Counted from the first letter of the stretch, positions 38,559 through 49,705 are shown. The stretch: 64,000 nt of DNA from Negaprion brevirostris (GCA_030324005.1 JARDVH010000124.1:34537076-34601075); one strand, 5' to 3'. Notes: generated by a model from the letters alone, not told the origin. Numbers and translations are program-made.

Positions 38559-38699
38559 TTATTGCCATTCGAAGCATCCTTAACTTCATGTACTGATCAA
38601 AATGGTCAAGTTCATTCCATAATTTTGATGGCCATTACAGATTAATGTACACATCAATTCAATTTTAAAGCCATTTTAAAGCATTATTAGAATCATCAA

Positions 38700-39047
38700 A
38701 ATGATAGAAACTCTATAGTACAGAAGCAGGCCATTCAGCCCATTGGGTGTTTACTGATTCTCTCCAATGGAGCATCTCACCCAAGACTCTACCCCTGTAA
38801 CCCCACCTATTTACCTCGCAAATTCCCCCCTAACCTACACACCTTGTGATACTAAGGACAATTTAGCATGGTCAATCCACCTAACCTACACAACTTTGGA
38901 CTGTGGGAGGAAACCAGAACACCCGGAGGAAATCCATGCAGACATGGGGAGAACATGCAAACTCCAAACATACCCAAGACTGGAAATGAACCTGGATTCC
39001 TGGCGCTGTGAGGCAGCAGTGCTAACCACTCTGCCACTGTGTCACCC
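38700..39047 (-). mobile_element. HE1 V-SINE, full length (type a)
   Basis: Same head, V-domain and tail motifs as 38221-38558. Confidence 0.92.
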
Positions 39048-39105
39048 ATTATTGTATGAGTTAATTTCACATGGGTCCTGGCATTAAAGGGTTAATGCGT
39101 AGGTT

Positions 39106-39600
39106 ACATAGAAACACAGAAACTAGAAGCAGGAGTAGGCCATTCAACCCTGTTGTGCCATTCATTTTGATGGAATTCGATATGCTGATCACCCAAACTA
39201 TGACCCCAAACTTGCCCCACCATTGGGAACATTCTTTCTGAATCTACCCTGTCCAACCCTGTTAGAATTTTACAAGTTTCTATGAGATCCCTTCTCACTC
39301 TTCTAAACTCCAGTGAATATAATCTTAACCAACTTAGTCTGTCCTCATATGATAGTTCTGCCATCCCAGGGATCAGCCTGGTAAACCTTTGCTGTGCTCC
39401 CTCTATAGCAAGGACATCCTTCCTCAGATAAGGACAACAAAACTGCACACACTACTCCAGGTGTGGCCTCACTCAACACCCCATACAATTGCAGTAAAAC
39501 ATCCCTATACCTATACGCAAATCCTCTCGCCATGGAAGTCAACATGTCATTTGCCTTCTTTCTTGCCTGCTGTACCTGCGCGCTTACTTTCAGTGACTGA
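39106..39600 (-). mobile_element. CR1 LINE ORF2 C-terminus and 3' UTR
   Basis: QFCCPYLRKDVLAIEGAQQRFTRLIPGMAELSYEDRLSWLRLYSLEFRRVRRDLIE. Confidence 0.93.
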
Positions 39601-40325
39601 TGTTCAGTATTAATGCTGGTGTTGAGGATTAATGTATACATTCCTTTACTATTGAAAGTGGCCACGAATGGCTAGCTCATGAGTTAATTGAACTATCTGA
39701 TTAGTTTTGAGATCTGCAATGATCAATATGATCCAATTTGTGTGAATGTAGATTCATACTTGGCTAATTCTCAAATGGGGGCATTTAGCCATATAAGTAA
39801 CAGTTTGGCACATGATGTTTGTCTATCAGAGACAAAGTATGCTGATTGCTTTGCAGTCAATGTGATATTTGATCCAGTCAATAAACACTTGCATTTCACA
39901 CTTACTGTTTTTGTACGTGTTGGAGACTCTCACCAGGCAGATTGGGTAACTGTGGATTCATCTGGTCCTTTCACCCCAGGAGTTTGTGCCCATTATCACT
40001 GCCATGTTGACAGATTTATCAGTCTTACGGGTAGAAGGGATTATCTTCCTGCCAACCGGATAGGCATCTTGCCAGGTGCAGGTCTGTTGTTCCTAATGCT
40101 ACCTTAAAGGAAATGGCCATTTTCTCAATTGGTCGCATGGATTAGCCAACAGGGTTAATTTAAATGTTTGGGACCTCAGAACCCAAACCCCAAGCCTATT
40201 TGCTCAACAAATTTATCTTTGGCACAACACAAAACACGATCCTCACACAAATTAAAATTAGCTCAAAGGTATGCGGCTTAGGTTGATTGGCCATGCTAAA
40301 TTGCCTCTTAGTGTCAGGGGCATTC

Positions 40326-40443
40326 ACAGGAATTCTCCCCCACCTGCCTTGGGAATTGGGCGAGGGGCAGACAATGGGAAGTTTTGTTGGCCTTGGGTGG
40401 GATTTTATGGCCTCGTTCGTCCCAAGACTGTAAAATGCCACCC
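40326..40443. mobile_element. MITE, same family as 14019-14153 (opposite orientation)
   Basis: Terminal hairpin GGGTGGGATTTTAT..GTAAAATGCCACCC. Confidence 0.6.
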
Positions 40444-40444
40444 A

Positions 40445-41346
40445 TGAAGTTTAAGTTTATTTATTTAATAGTGTCACAATTAGCCTTACATGATGAGATG
40501 GTGCACAGGAAAGTGATAGAGAAGCTGGTGAACTGGGGCGATGACAATAATCTCTCCCTCAATGTCAGCAAAATGAAGGAAATAGTCACCAACTTGAGGA
40601 AGCGGAGTATAGGGCATGCCCCTGTCTACATCAATAGGGATGAAGAGGAAGTGGTCGAGAACTTCAAGTTTCTAGGTGTCCAGATCACCAACAGCCTGTC
40701 CTGGTCCCTCCATGCTGAGCTATAGTTAAGAAAGACCACCAATGCCTCCACTTTCTCAGGAGGCTAAGGAAATTTGGCATATCCATTATGACTCTCACCA
40801 ATTTTTACAGATGCACTGTATAAGGCATTCTTTCTGGTTGTATGACAGCCTGGTATGGCTCCAGCTCTGTCGAAGACGGCAAGGAGCTACGAAGGGTTGT
40901 TAATGAAGCCCAGTCCATCACTCAAACCAGCCTCCCATCCACTGACACTGTCAACACTTGCCACTGCCCCGGAGAAGCAGCTAGCATAATTAAGGACCCC
41001 AAACACCCACTCTCTTCCATCGGGAAAAAGATACCAAAGTCTGAGGTCACGTACCAACCGACTCAAGAACAGCTTCTTCACTGCTGCCATCAGACTTTTG
41101 AACGGACCTGCCTCATATTGAGTTGATCTTTCTCTACACTCTAGCTATGACTGTAATACCACATTCCGCACCCTCTCCTTTCCTTCTCTATGGACCTTGT
41201 GCTTTGTCTGAATAGCACGCAAGGGACAATACTTTTCACTGTACGTTAATACATGTGACAATACTAAATCAAATCAAATTATTAACACTGCAATGAAGTT
41301 AATGTGAAAATCCCCTAGTCGCCACACCTGTTCAGACACACTGAGG
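40445..41346 (-). mobile_element. V-SINE type b tail split by the Rex1 insertion (pieces 40445-40490 and 41281-41346)
   Basis: ..AGTGTCACAATTAGCCTTACAT | ATTAACACTGCAATGAAGTT..AATCCCCTAGTCGCC rejoin to match intact copies. Confidence 0.85.
40491..41280 (+). mobile_element. Rex1/Babar LINE, 5'-truncated
   Basis: LVNWGDDNNLSLNVSKMKEIVTNLRK..FKFLGVQITNSLSWS..FLRRLRKFG..TAWYG..IIKDPKHP; 3' tail TGTGACAATACTAAATCAAATCAAAT. Confidence 0.92.
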
Positions 41347-41462
41347 CTTAGCAGGGTAAATGCTTGGGGTTACGGGGATAGAGCCCGAGTGGGAATGTTG
41401 TTGGTGCAGGCACGATGGGCTGAATGGCTTCTTTTTGCACTGTCGGGATTCTATGATTCTCT
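41347..41462 (+). mobile_element. HE1 V-SINE 3' tail
   Basis: TTAGCAGGGTAAAT..GGGGTTACGGGGATAG..GATGGGCTGAATGGC..GGATTCTATGATTCT. Confidence 0.85.
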
Positions 41463-43261
41463 GATAGAAACTGTATATAAATCAAGGCTAATTCCCTGGA
41501 ATCCTCAACAGTTTCTTTGGCTTTCTGCTTCCCTCACCTGCTGGAGTTGCAGTCCATGATTACAGCCTCAAATTATCTGGTCATTTTTCTAAAGGATATA
41601 ATTCGGCCCGTACCACTTCCCACTGGATGATGCACTTCCTTGCANNNNNNNNNNNNNNNNNNNNNNNNNNNNNNNNNNNNNNNNNNNNNNNNNNNNNNNN
41701 NNNNNNNNNNNNNNNNNNNNNNNNNNNNNNNNNNNNNNNNNNNNGGCAGTGCAGCTATGACACCCCCCCCATCCCAAAAGACCATCTACCCATGAGTCCA
41801 GCAGTCCTACTGTTATTAATCAAATTCTGTTTTTTGACCGTGACTGTATCCTTTGAATCCCAGTACACTCCTCAGACCATAGGACCAAATAAAAACTAAT
41901 GGACTATGCCCTTTAGACATATCACTCTAAGATGCTCACTGGTCAGATAAGCCATCCATCTTCCTTCAAGGGCACTTAGATGTGGTTGACATGTTCACCC
42001 TTCTAAATGAGCCCCAGACAATCTGGCTGCCTACCCTGGACAACAGTCTAACATGCCCAGCTTCAAATAAGCCCTTGTCTAGCTGTCCTCCTTCCCAGAA
42101 TTACCACAATTTCACCCTTTCCCAGTTAGTTTCCATCCCCTGTCCAGCCTCCGCTCCCCCTTTCGCAGATGGTCCTACCTCCAGTGTCTGGCCTTCGCAC
42201 AGCTAGGCCTACTAGCTGTTGCTCTCAACCAAGAGGCAGAGATTTCTGAGCGGCCCTAGGAAGGCCAAAGCAGTGGCTATTCACTTCAAATCAGTCTGCC
42301 TCACCACGGGCACACCATTTGTACACAGTCACAACTGTGAACGTTCTCATTTCTGACTGACTGGGAACTTAATTTGGAGAGGAGAACTTAATTCTACTGA
42401 GCTGACCTTTGAATGAGCATGCATGACTTCTAACTGCCTGGTAACTTTTAACACCAGAATTATTTTTAACGGTGGGGGGGGTTTTCCTGGTGATTTATCG
42501 CTCTGCCGTAAGCTAGGTAAATCATCCAGGCTTGTTTCCAATCCTCATGAATTTGTTCTTTTGAATCCGAGTGGGTGCTCTCTCCCACATTGCTGCATGG
42601 TGAACTACAGAGACATTTGGCCTCTAGCTGCTTGTTTTCTCCTGGATCATGGCAGATTGTCTGCCTACATGAATTTCAGGGATTTCTTGGAAGCCCTACC
42701 CCTTTCAAAACCCATCTCCACAGCAGTGTGACTCACATGGGCTTTGTATTCAGGTAAAAATGCAGATTAGATATCCTTGAAATCCCATATCCTTTGTGTC
42801 TTGGAAATAAAGCAGAGCAACTTACAGCCCACCATTGTCAACATCTCCCTGGGCCTTTGGAGACTAAGAGTCTAATCACTGTAAACACTATTGCTATCGC
42901 GAACACCTTGAACCACCTTTTCAGCAAAGCAACAGCCACATCAACCAGGCCCGTTGTTGGGCAGATTCCAGAACAAGTCACATGACCCCTTTCATTTTAA
43001 CCCAAATTACAGACACAGTCTCAAAAAACCAATCTTATAAAATTTACTTGTAACAAAGATGACAGAGCCTTTGAGGCTTCCACTACAGTTACTGTTTCCT
43101 GAAAATTTGCTCAGTGGCTATATGCCACATGTGCGCATTGTGTGCATACAAATCATGAGCCAATAAATTAATCCAATCACTTAATGTTTCATTACAATTT
43201 TTCTGGCATGCAACACTGTCATTCCACCTTTCACAACAAAAGTGGCCTTGCAGTCTTTTCA

Positions 43262-43597
43262 TCGAATCATAGAAAACTCTACAGTGCAGAAAGAGGCCGT
43301 TTGGCCAATTGAGTCTGCACCGACCACAATCCCACTCAGGGCCTATCCTCATATCCGTACATATTTACCCGCTAATCCCTCTAACCTACAGTATACTAAT
43401 GGGCAATTTAGCATGGCCAATTAACCTAACCCGTACATCTTTGGACTGCGGGAGGAAACCGGAGGACCCGGAGGAAACCCAAGCAGACACGGGGAGAGCA
43501 TGCAAACTCCACACAGACAGTGACCTAAGCCAGGAATCAAACCCAGGTCCCTGGAGCTGTGAAGCAGCAGTGCCAACCATTGTATTGCCGTGCCACA
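43262..43597 (-). mobile_element. HE1 V-SINE, full length (type a)
   Basis: Complete head, V-domain and CR1 tail. Confidence 0.92.
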
Positions 43598-44994
43598 TTG
43601 CACTGTGATTAGCACTTTGTAGATGAAGCCGACACCACGTGGGCCACAATGGTTCCTTCCTTAATTCATTAGGTGCTACTGACTGAATGACTACTGCTGG
43701 ACTCCTGAATAGAAGCAAAAGTCATTTTAGAGAAAGCAGTGAAGCAAATTATCTATTTATTTGTTTACTTCTGTCCAGCTTCCACCAAATATAAAACTAT
43801 TCTCATGAATCAAGAGGAAATATTCTGTCCAGAGAAATGTTATATATAAAGTTCATTTTTTCTAAAGTAGTAATGATATTTTACTAGTGCTGTTGCTATG
43901 CATTATGTTATAAACATTATGGTTATAGTCAGAAACTTAATTGGAAATGCTGGTTCTTTCATTATTTTATTTGAAGTTTTCTTTTTTTTTACTCCTCTTT
44001 TGAAAATATTGATTTCCAATCTGATGTATGATCTTAAGCACTCATCTTCAATAGCCCCTCAGTGACCAATTTAAAACTGAAAAATAGTGGCAGCAAATTT
44101 TGGAGGAAATAGTATATCTCTGAAGTGATTTTGTAAAGATTTTTTATATTGAGGGAGAGCTACATTTCATTGAATTTTCTGTTGAATATTGTGAACTTTG
44201 GTTGCGCTGCAGTATTCTTGATAGTCTCTGTGAGCCACCCTTTGTCTATCTCCAGAGGCATTTCTGCAATCAGATTAGAATTTCCTATGCCCTTATTAAA
44301 TCATTGCAGTGTCAAAACAGTAATCATTTGTAATAATACTCAATTAACTTTGACTTTTTAGATTTCTTGGAGGTCATTTCAATTTTTAGTACTGTAGCAA
44401 GTCAGCTATCTGTGATTTGTGGTGAAGAAGAATAATTTAGGATTGTCTCAACCCCTGAAAGAACTGAAGATTTTGGCCATACTTAGAAGTAATTATTGGA
44501 TGAAGTATTGGAGAGACAATGTGTTAGGATAGGACATTAACAAGGGCAGGAGGTAGCAAAATTTGTGGGGGTTCTAGGAGGTCAGAAGTGCCCATCCTAC
44601 TGAAGGCCAGCATGCATTTTTTTTTACTGGAGAGGTGATTTTTCCTGGAAGTTATTGTCAAAGTCAGCTTGAACTGTAAAGTCATGGAAGGTCAGAGGAA
44701 TTACATAAAATGGAAAAGACTGAAAGTTAAGGTTCTTTGATGTGGCGCTGGAGACCTTGGATCAGGAGGTTGACAGTGGGAGAAAGGTTGTTTATCCGTT
44801 AATAATCAGGAGGTCCTTCAGAAAAATGCTGAGAATGTGTACAGAGCTTTGTAGTTAATGCCAGCAGTGTAGCCCTAAGGTCTTGGATGCAGTGCTGAAA
44901 GAAACTCAATTACCGCACACACGTGGTTAAAGTCGCTCAATGCATTGTCAAACGTCATTTTCCACCAACTTTCCTCATCAGGAAATTTATAACT

Positions 44995-45275
44995 TTTAAG
45001 TTTATTTATTAGTGTCAAAATAGGCTTACATTAACATGCAATGAAGTTACTGTGAAAATCTGGTGCCTGTTTGGCTACACTGAGGGAGAATTTAGCATGG
45101 CCAATGCACATAATCACATCTTTCAGACTATAGGAGGAAACCGAAGAACCTCGAGGAAACCCACACAGACACGCGGAGAACGTGCAGACTCCACACAGAC
45201 TGTGGCAGAAGCCAGAAATTGACCCTGGTCCCTGGTGATGTGAGGCAGCAGTGCTAATCACTGTGCCATCATGCT
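44995..45275 (-). mobile_element. V-SINE type b
   Basis: TTTATTTATTAGTGTC..AGGCTTACATTAAC..TGTGAGGCAGCAGTGCTAATCACTGTGCC. Confidence 0.9.
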
Positions 45276-45351
45276 ATTTTGCCTTGTTTTCACACACTTA
45301 GCATTGCTGCAAGCATCACTCTTACAGCTTGCATGCACTGCCAGTTATTCA

Positions 45352-46045
45352 ACAGTCTCTCAACACCAGGTTAAAGTCTAACAGTTTTATTGGTAGCACG
45401 AGCTTTCAGAGCATTGCCCTTCATCAGTTGAGTGTAGGATTTGTTTCACAAACAGGGCATATACAGATACAAACTCAATTACAAGATAATAGTTGGGATG
45501 TGAGTCTTAATGGGTAATCAAGACTTTACAGGTGCAGACAATGGGAGTAGAGAGAGGGTTAAGCACAGGTTAAAGAGGGGTGAATTGTCTCCAGCCAGGA
45601 CAGTTAGTAAGATTTTACAAACCCAGGCAAGTCATGGGAGTTACAGATAGCGTCACATGAACCCAAGATCCTGGTTAAGGCCATCCTCATGTGTGCAGAA
45701 CTTGGCTATCAGCTTCTGCTCAGCGATTCTGTGTTGTGTGTTGTCAAGGCTCCCTTGAAGAACACTTACCCGAAGATCAGAGGCTGAATGCCCTTTACTG
45801 CTGGAGTATTCCCTGACAGGAAGGGAACAAACCTGTCTGGTGATTGTCCAGCAATGGCCTTTCATCCATTGTCATAGCGTCTGCATGATCTCGCCAATGT
45901 ACCATGCCTTGGGACATCCTTTCCTGCAGTGTGTCAGGTGGACAATGTTGGCCGAGTCACAAGAGTATGTACCGTGTATGTATGTATTGTTGTGAGGTTA
46001 TTTACTGTGTCTACCCCAGTCCAATGCCAACAACTCAACATCATA
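45352..46045 (-). mobile_element. Penelope-like element: GIY-YIG endonuclease 3' part plus pLTR with hammerhead core
   Basis: CDSANIVHLTHCRKGCPKAWYIGE..HSASDLRVSVLQG..RIAEQKLIAKFCTHEDGLNQDLGFM; CTGATGA-stem-GAAA at 45427-45404. Confidence 0.92.
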
Positions 46046-46204
46046 GTTATTTAACAATGAGAGGAATATTCCAAAAATTTTGCACCATCTCTCATGCCCA
46101 TCAATTAGGTGGCATACAACTAGAAGCAGCAGTACCTAACTGATGGACATAAGCATAGCCACACCTCCTTATCCTAATGGAGGAGACTGCATTCGCCATT
46201 TGTT

Positions 46205-46600
46205 TTTGTCTTTTGTTGATGGGGTGTGACATTTATTGCCAATCCATAAATCCCTTGGAATGTGGGCTGCCTTCTTGAACTGGGGCAGTCCGTGTGCTGG
46301 AGGAACATCCACAGTGCTATTGGGAATGGAGTTTCTTGAATTTGACCCAGCCACAGTGGAGGAATAGCAGTATATTTTCAAGTCAGGATGTTGTNNNNNN
46401 NNNNNNNNNNNNNNNNNNNNNNNNNNNNNNNNNNNNNNNNNNNNNNNNNNNNNNNNNNNNNNNNNNNNNNNNNNNNNNNNNNNNNNNNNNNNNNTGTGTA
46501 ACTTGGAGGGGAATTTGCAGATGGTGGTGTTCCCATGCATCTGCTGCCCTTGTCCGCCGACCTTATAGTGGTTACGGGTCAGGGAGTTGCTGTTGAAGGA
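46205..46600 (-). mobile_element. LINE 3' end (GGGCAATTAGG family)
   Basis: CATTTATTGCCAATCC..CTGCCTTCTTGAACTG..GGAATTTGCAGATGGTGGTGTTCCCATGCATCTGCTGCCCTTGTCC. Confidence 0.85.
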
Positions 46601-48239
46601 GCTGCTACAGCTGTGGCTGTGGCCAGCAGCTGGGCTGAAAGCATCCAAGGTGACGGTGTCCTCCTCCTCACATCTCACTTCACCCTCTTCTCACAATCTC
46701 TTCTGATTTACATGCTGTGGATGGTATAATAATGCACCTCTTGCTTTCCCTCCTCCCCTCAGAACAATCCTACCCTGTACCTCTCTTAAATACTTAACTG
46801 CAAGCCAGTGATGCAGGAGCAGGAATCACAAGAGGAAGAGGAGGCTGATGATGCTGTAACTCTTGATGTGGATACAGGTACTTTTGAGGATAATAGAAAG
46901 GCAGGATCTGCACATGGTAAATCACCAAGCATGAGTAACCTGCAGTCAGGTGAGGAAAAAGGGTAGCACAGGTGCCAGCTCACTGGAGGGCAACGTTGAA
47001 CACTGGGTCTGTTGTAGAGGACTGGATAAGGACTTTTGATGCCTCTTGGGAAAGGCTGATGGATATGCATGTAGTCATATGTGGTGCTTTTGCAGGACTG
47101 CCAGAAAGCCTGCAACCCATGTCTTCTAATACATTGTCAGGAATGCTATGAACACCCCCAGGGAACTGGCAGTGGTTCTGCAGAGCACAACACTGTTATC
47201 CTCTCTCAGGGTGACAGCATTCTCTAGCGCCACTGCAACTCTGTCAGTGCCATTGCTTGTCAACCAGCCAGACCAGACTGATGGAACCATGCCAAGGAGG
47301 TACAATCAAAATCAGGATTTCTATAGCCAGGGCGGTGTAGCATTATCCTGAAATGCTTTCTGGAACCTCCCCATTCCTCCAGTTCTGCTGCAACCACGAG
47401 GGCAATATTGCACAGGAGCACTACGACAAGCAAATACACAGTAATACAAGTACAAGGAGAAAGCACAAAATTAATTAGTTGATTTGTGTATGGAATATTG
47501 AATAGTTTATTTGTCATGCACACTCTACCCATTTGTTCCCCTTTCTTTGCAAGAAGTGCGTTACCGTACTGTGAGAGATGGGAAATGATTCCTGCTTCAT
47601 CCTGAAGCATCCTCGGATAAAGAAGCTTATGGATGTGATCAGCTTCACAGCCACAGGCAGTTCCACCCTCACCTTGTGAGGCTGCTGGTCTGCCTGCATC
47701 CATCAGTGTGCTTTCATTTATGTAAAATGATGGTAAAAGAGCAAATCCATTGGCGATGGAGGAGGCTTCATCTGGTGTATTTTTGCTGATGTTTGAAGAG
47801 ACTAGTCCATGAGAGACTGGTTCTGNNNNNNNNNNCAGTGTTTGTGTCTATTGCCAAGCCATGATAGCTACTGATGAAGCTGGTGGAGCACACTAGCCCA
47901 CATGCAATGTTCCCATTTTCCATTGTCATTGGATAGTGTTTTCCAGATGCAAAAATTGATGTTTAGTACCTTCATGTCATACTAGCAAGCATTCTTGAAG
48001 TGGAGTTTTGGGCATCCTACTTGTCATCTAGCCCTGGCTGTCTCACCATACATGTTTGTTTTCCATTCTGCAAAAGTGCCCAAGCCAACAAAGTCACCCC
48101 TGCTTGAAAAGTGCCAACATACTTGAGAAACTTGTATTTGGGAGGACTGCTGCTTTTGTGATTTTGTTCTTTCATGAGATGCCCAGGATACACTGCAAGC
48201 AGTGAGGATGAATGTTGTTGAGCTTCCCTATTCTAGTCT

Positions 48240-48445
48240 AGGCTAGACAAGGTAAAGGTGGCAGATTTCTTTCCCCAAAGGAGACTTTTGGGCCAAATGT
48301 GTTTTTACAACAATCAATCAGCATTAGGCTTTGAATTCCCGATGTTACCAAATTCATCTGACATTGTGAGATTTAAACCTGGTCCCCAGAGCATTGCCCT
48401 CCATCTCTGGATTACTAGTTTAGTGACAATCTGACTACACCACTG
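48240..48445 (-). mobile_element. tRNA-headed SINE (same family as 1388-1740)
   Basis: GGTAAAGGTGGCAGATTTCTTTCCCCAAAGG..TCCCCAGAGCATT..TCTCTGGATTACTAGTTTAGTGACAAT..ACTACACCACT. Confidence 0.75.
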
Positions 48446-49276
48446 TCCCTTCCACATATCTTATGCAGTACACCTGATTAGGTTGAAGTAGGAGAATTAC
48501 TGCCCAAAGACCCTGGGTGCATGTGGCCATCAGCTGAGAATCCAACTCTCCCCTCCTTTTCCCCCTGCACAAAGCTTGCCCTCATTTCTTTGTCATACTG
48601 CTGACTAAGTGGCAATATAAACTACAGCACCTGTAACGGGGAGCACGTGCTCTGAACAGAACCCGGGGTTAAGCATCAAGGTCTCCAGCATCTTCTACCC
48701 CACCCCCTGTAGTCTTAAAAATGGCAATGCAACCCCATGAAACAATTCCATTAACTGCGCGGCAACCAATGGGAATCAATCAGTAATCAGCTTGAAAGTA
48801 GTTGATGGTTCTTTTAAATATCACTGGCGCAAGATCTTCCTACTTATTGTATATTCGGCTGTATGAAGTCGAGGGCGAATATTGTGTTGAGAATGGCACT
48901 GCTAGAGTCAGATCAGCATTATAGGCTGTCGTAGTTCGCCACTCAGTCGCACCCCCAATGCTCGCACTACTGACCAATTCAAAATGATGCTCGGTGCAAC
49001 CCGCACTTGAGGTTTTGTGTGCAGGTTATGTATTAATGTTGAAGTCAAAATAATCAATGTAACGCTGAAAAATTGGACATAATGCATCCGACTTTTGCAG
49101 CTGTTGATTGAAACCGCCTTAAATTGCCAGCGCAGGAGCTGTAGCATGTATCCAGACACAGCTTTGTAACCTCATGCACCAAATAGTACAGGGGAAGATT
49201 CCACACTCTGATTTAATTAGGGTCAACTGTTCCTTTCCTGGATATTTGAATTCCTTACAAGGCAGAAAGGAGCTCC

Positions 49277-49505
49277 TTGTTTTCTGATTTTCGCTAAGAT
49301 CAAGCGTCAAATCAAACCGAAGGTGGGATGCAATGCCTCATCTTGTCAGCTTGGATCATCTGCCTCCCTTGTGGGCACCTTGAATTGGATTCAATTGGAA
49401 ATTGAATTGGTTTTTGGAGCAAGCAAGGAATGGATTTGGGTTTGCCCAGTCCATCTGAGCATTGGCTTTCTAACTTTAAGAATGGAGTAAAAAGAAATTT
49501 TAAAA
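49277..49505 (+). pseudogene. U2 snRNA-derived element (diverged pseudogene or SINE-like copy)
   Basis: TTTTCGCTAAGATCAAGCGT matches U2 nt 15-34 at 18/20. TCTTGTCAG..ATCTG (stem IIa region), TTTTTGGAGCA (Sm region) and a stem-loop III equivalent follow in colinear order, then an A-rich tail. Confidence 0.8.
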
Positions 49506-49609
49506 ATGACCCTGCTAGCACCAGGGTGGTGGTTGGGGGAAAGGGAAACATAAATTGGGTGAAATAGCAGTGGTGTTATGGCCATTACCTAACCATCTGT
49601 GCCTGCCAC

Positions 49610-49705
49610 AACTGGTGAATTGTCATGGGATTTGAACGCAGGAACCCAGAGACTTTCCGTGGGTCTGTGGATTACAAGTCAAACGACAATAGCACTATGC
49701 CACTG
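49610..49705 (-). mobile_element. tRNA-headed SINE 5' fragment
   Basis: GGGATTTGAAC..CCCAGAG..TGGATTACAAGTC..GACAATAGCACTATGCCAC. Confidence 0.7.

Larger units (their letters stand above)
46059..49206. mobile_element. Decayed PIF/Harbinger element: Myb-gene remnant (+, about 46600-47250) convergent with a HARBI1-like transposase remnant (-, about 47380-47720)
   Basis: Minus strand ADQQPHKVRVELPVAVKLITSISFFIRGCFR..ISHSTV (cf. ALPV..KV..AL.F.A.GSFQ..GISQS.V) and VVVLLCNIAL. TIR-like AAGATTCCACAC at 49195-49206 mirrors GGGTGGAATCTT at 9181; left end tentative. Confidence 0.65.
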
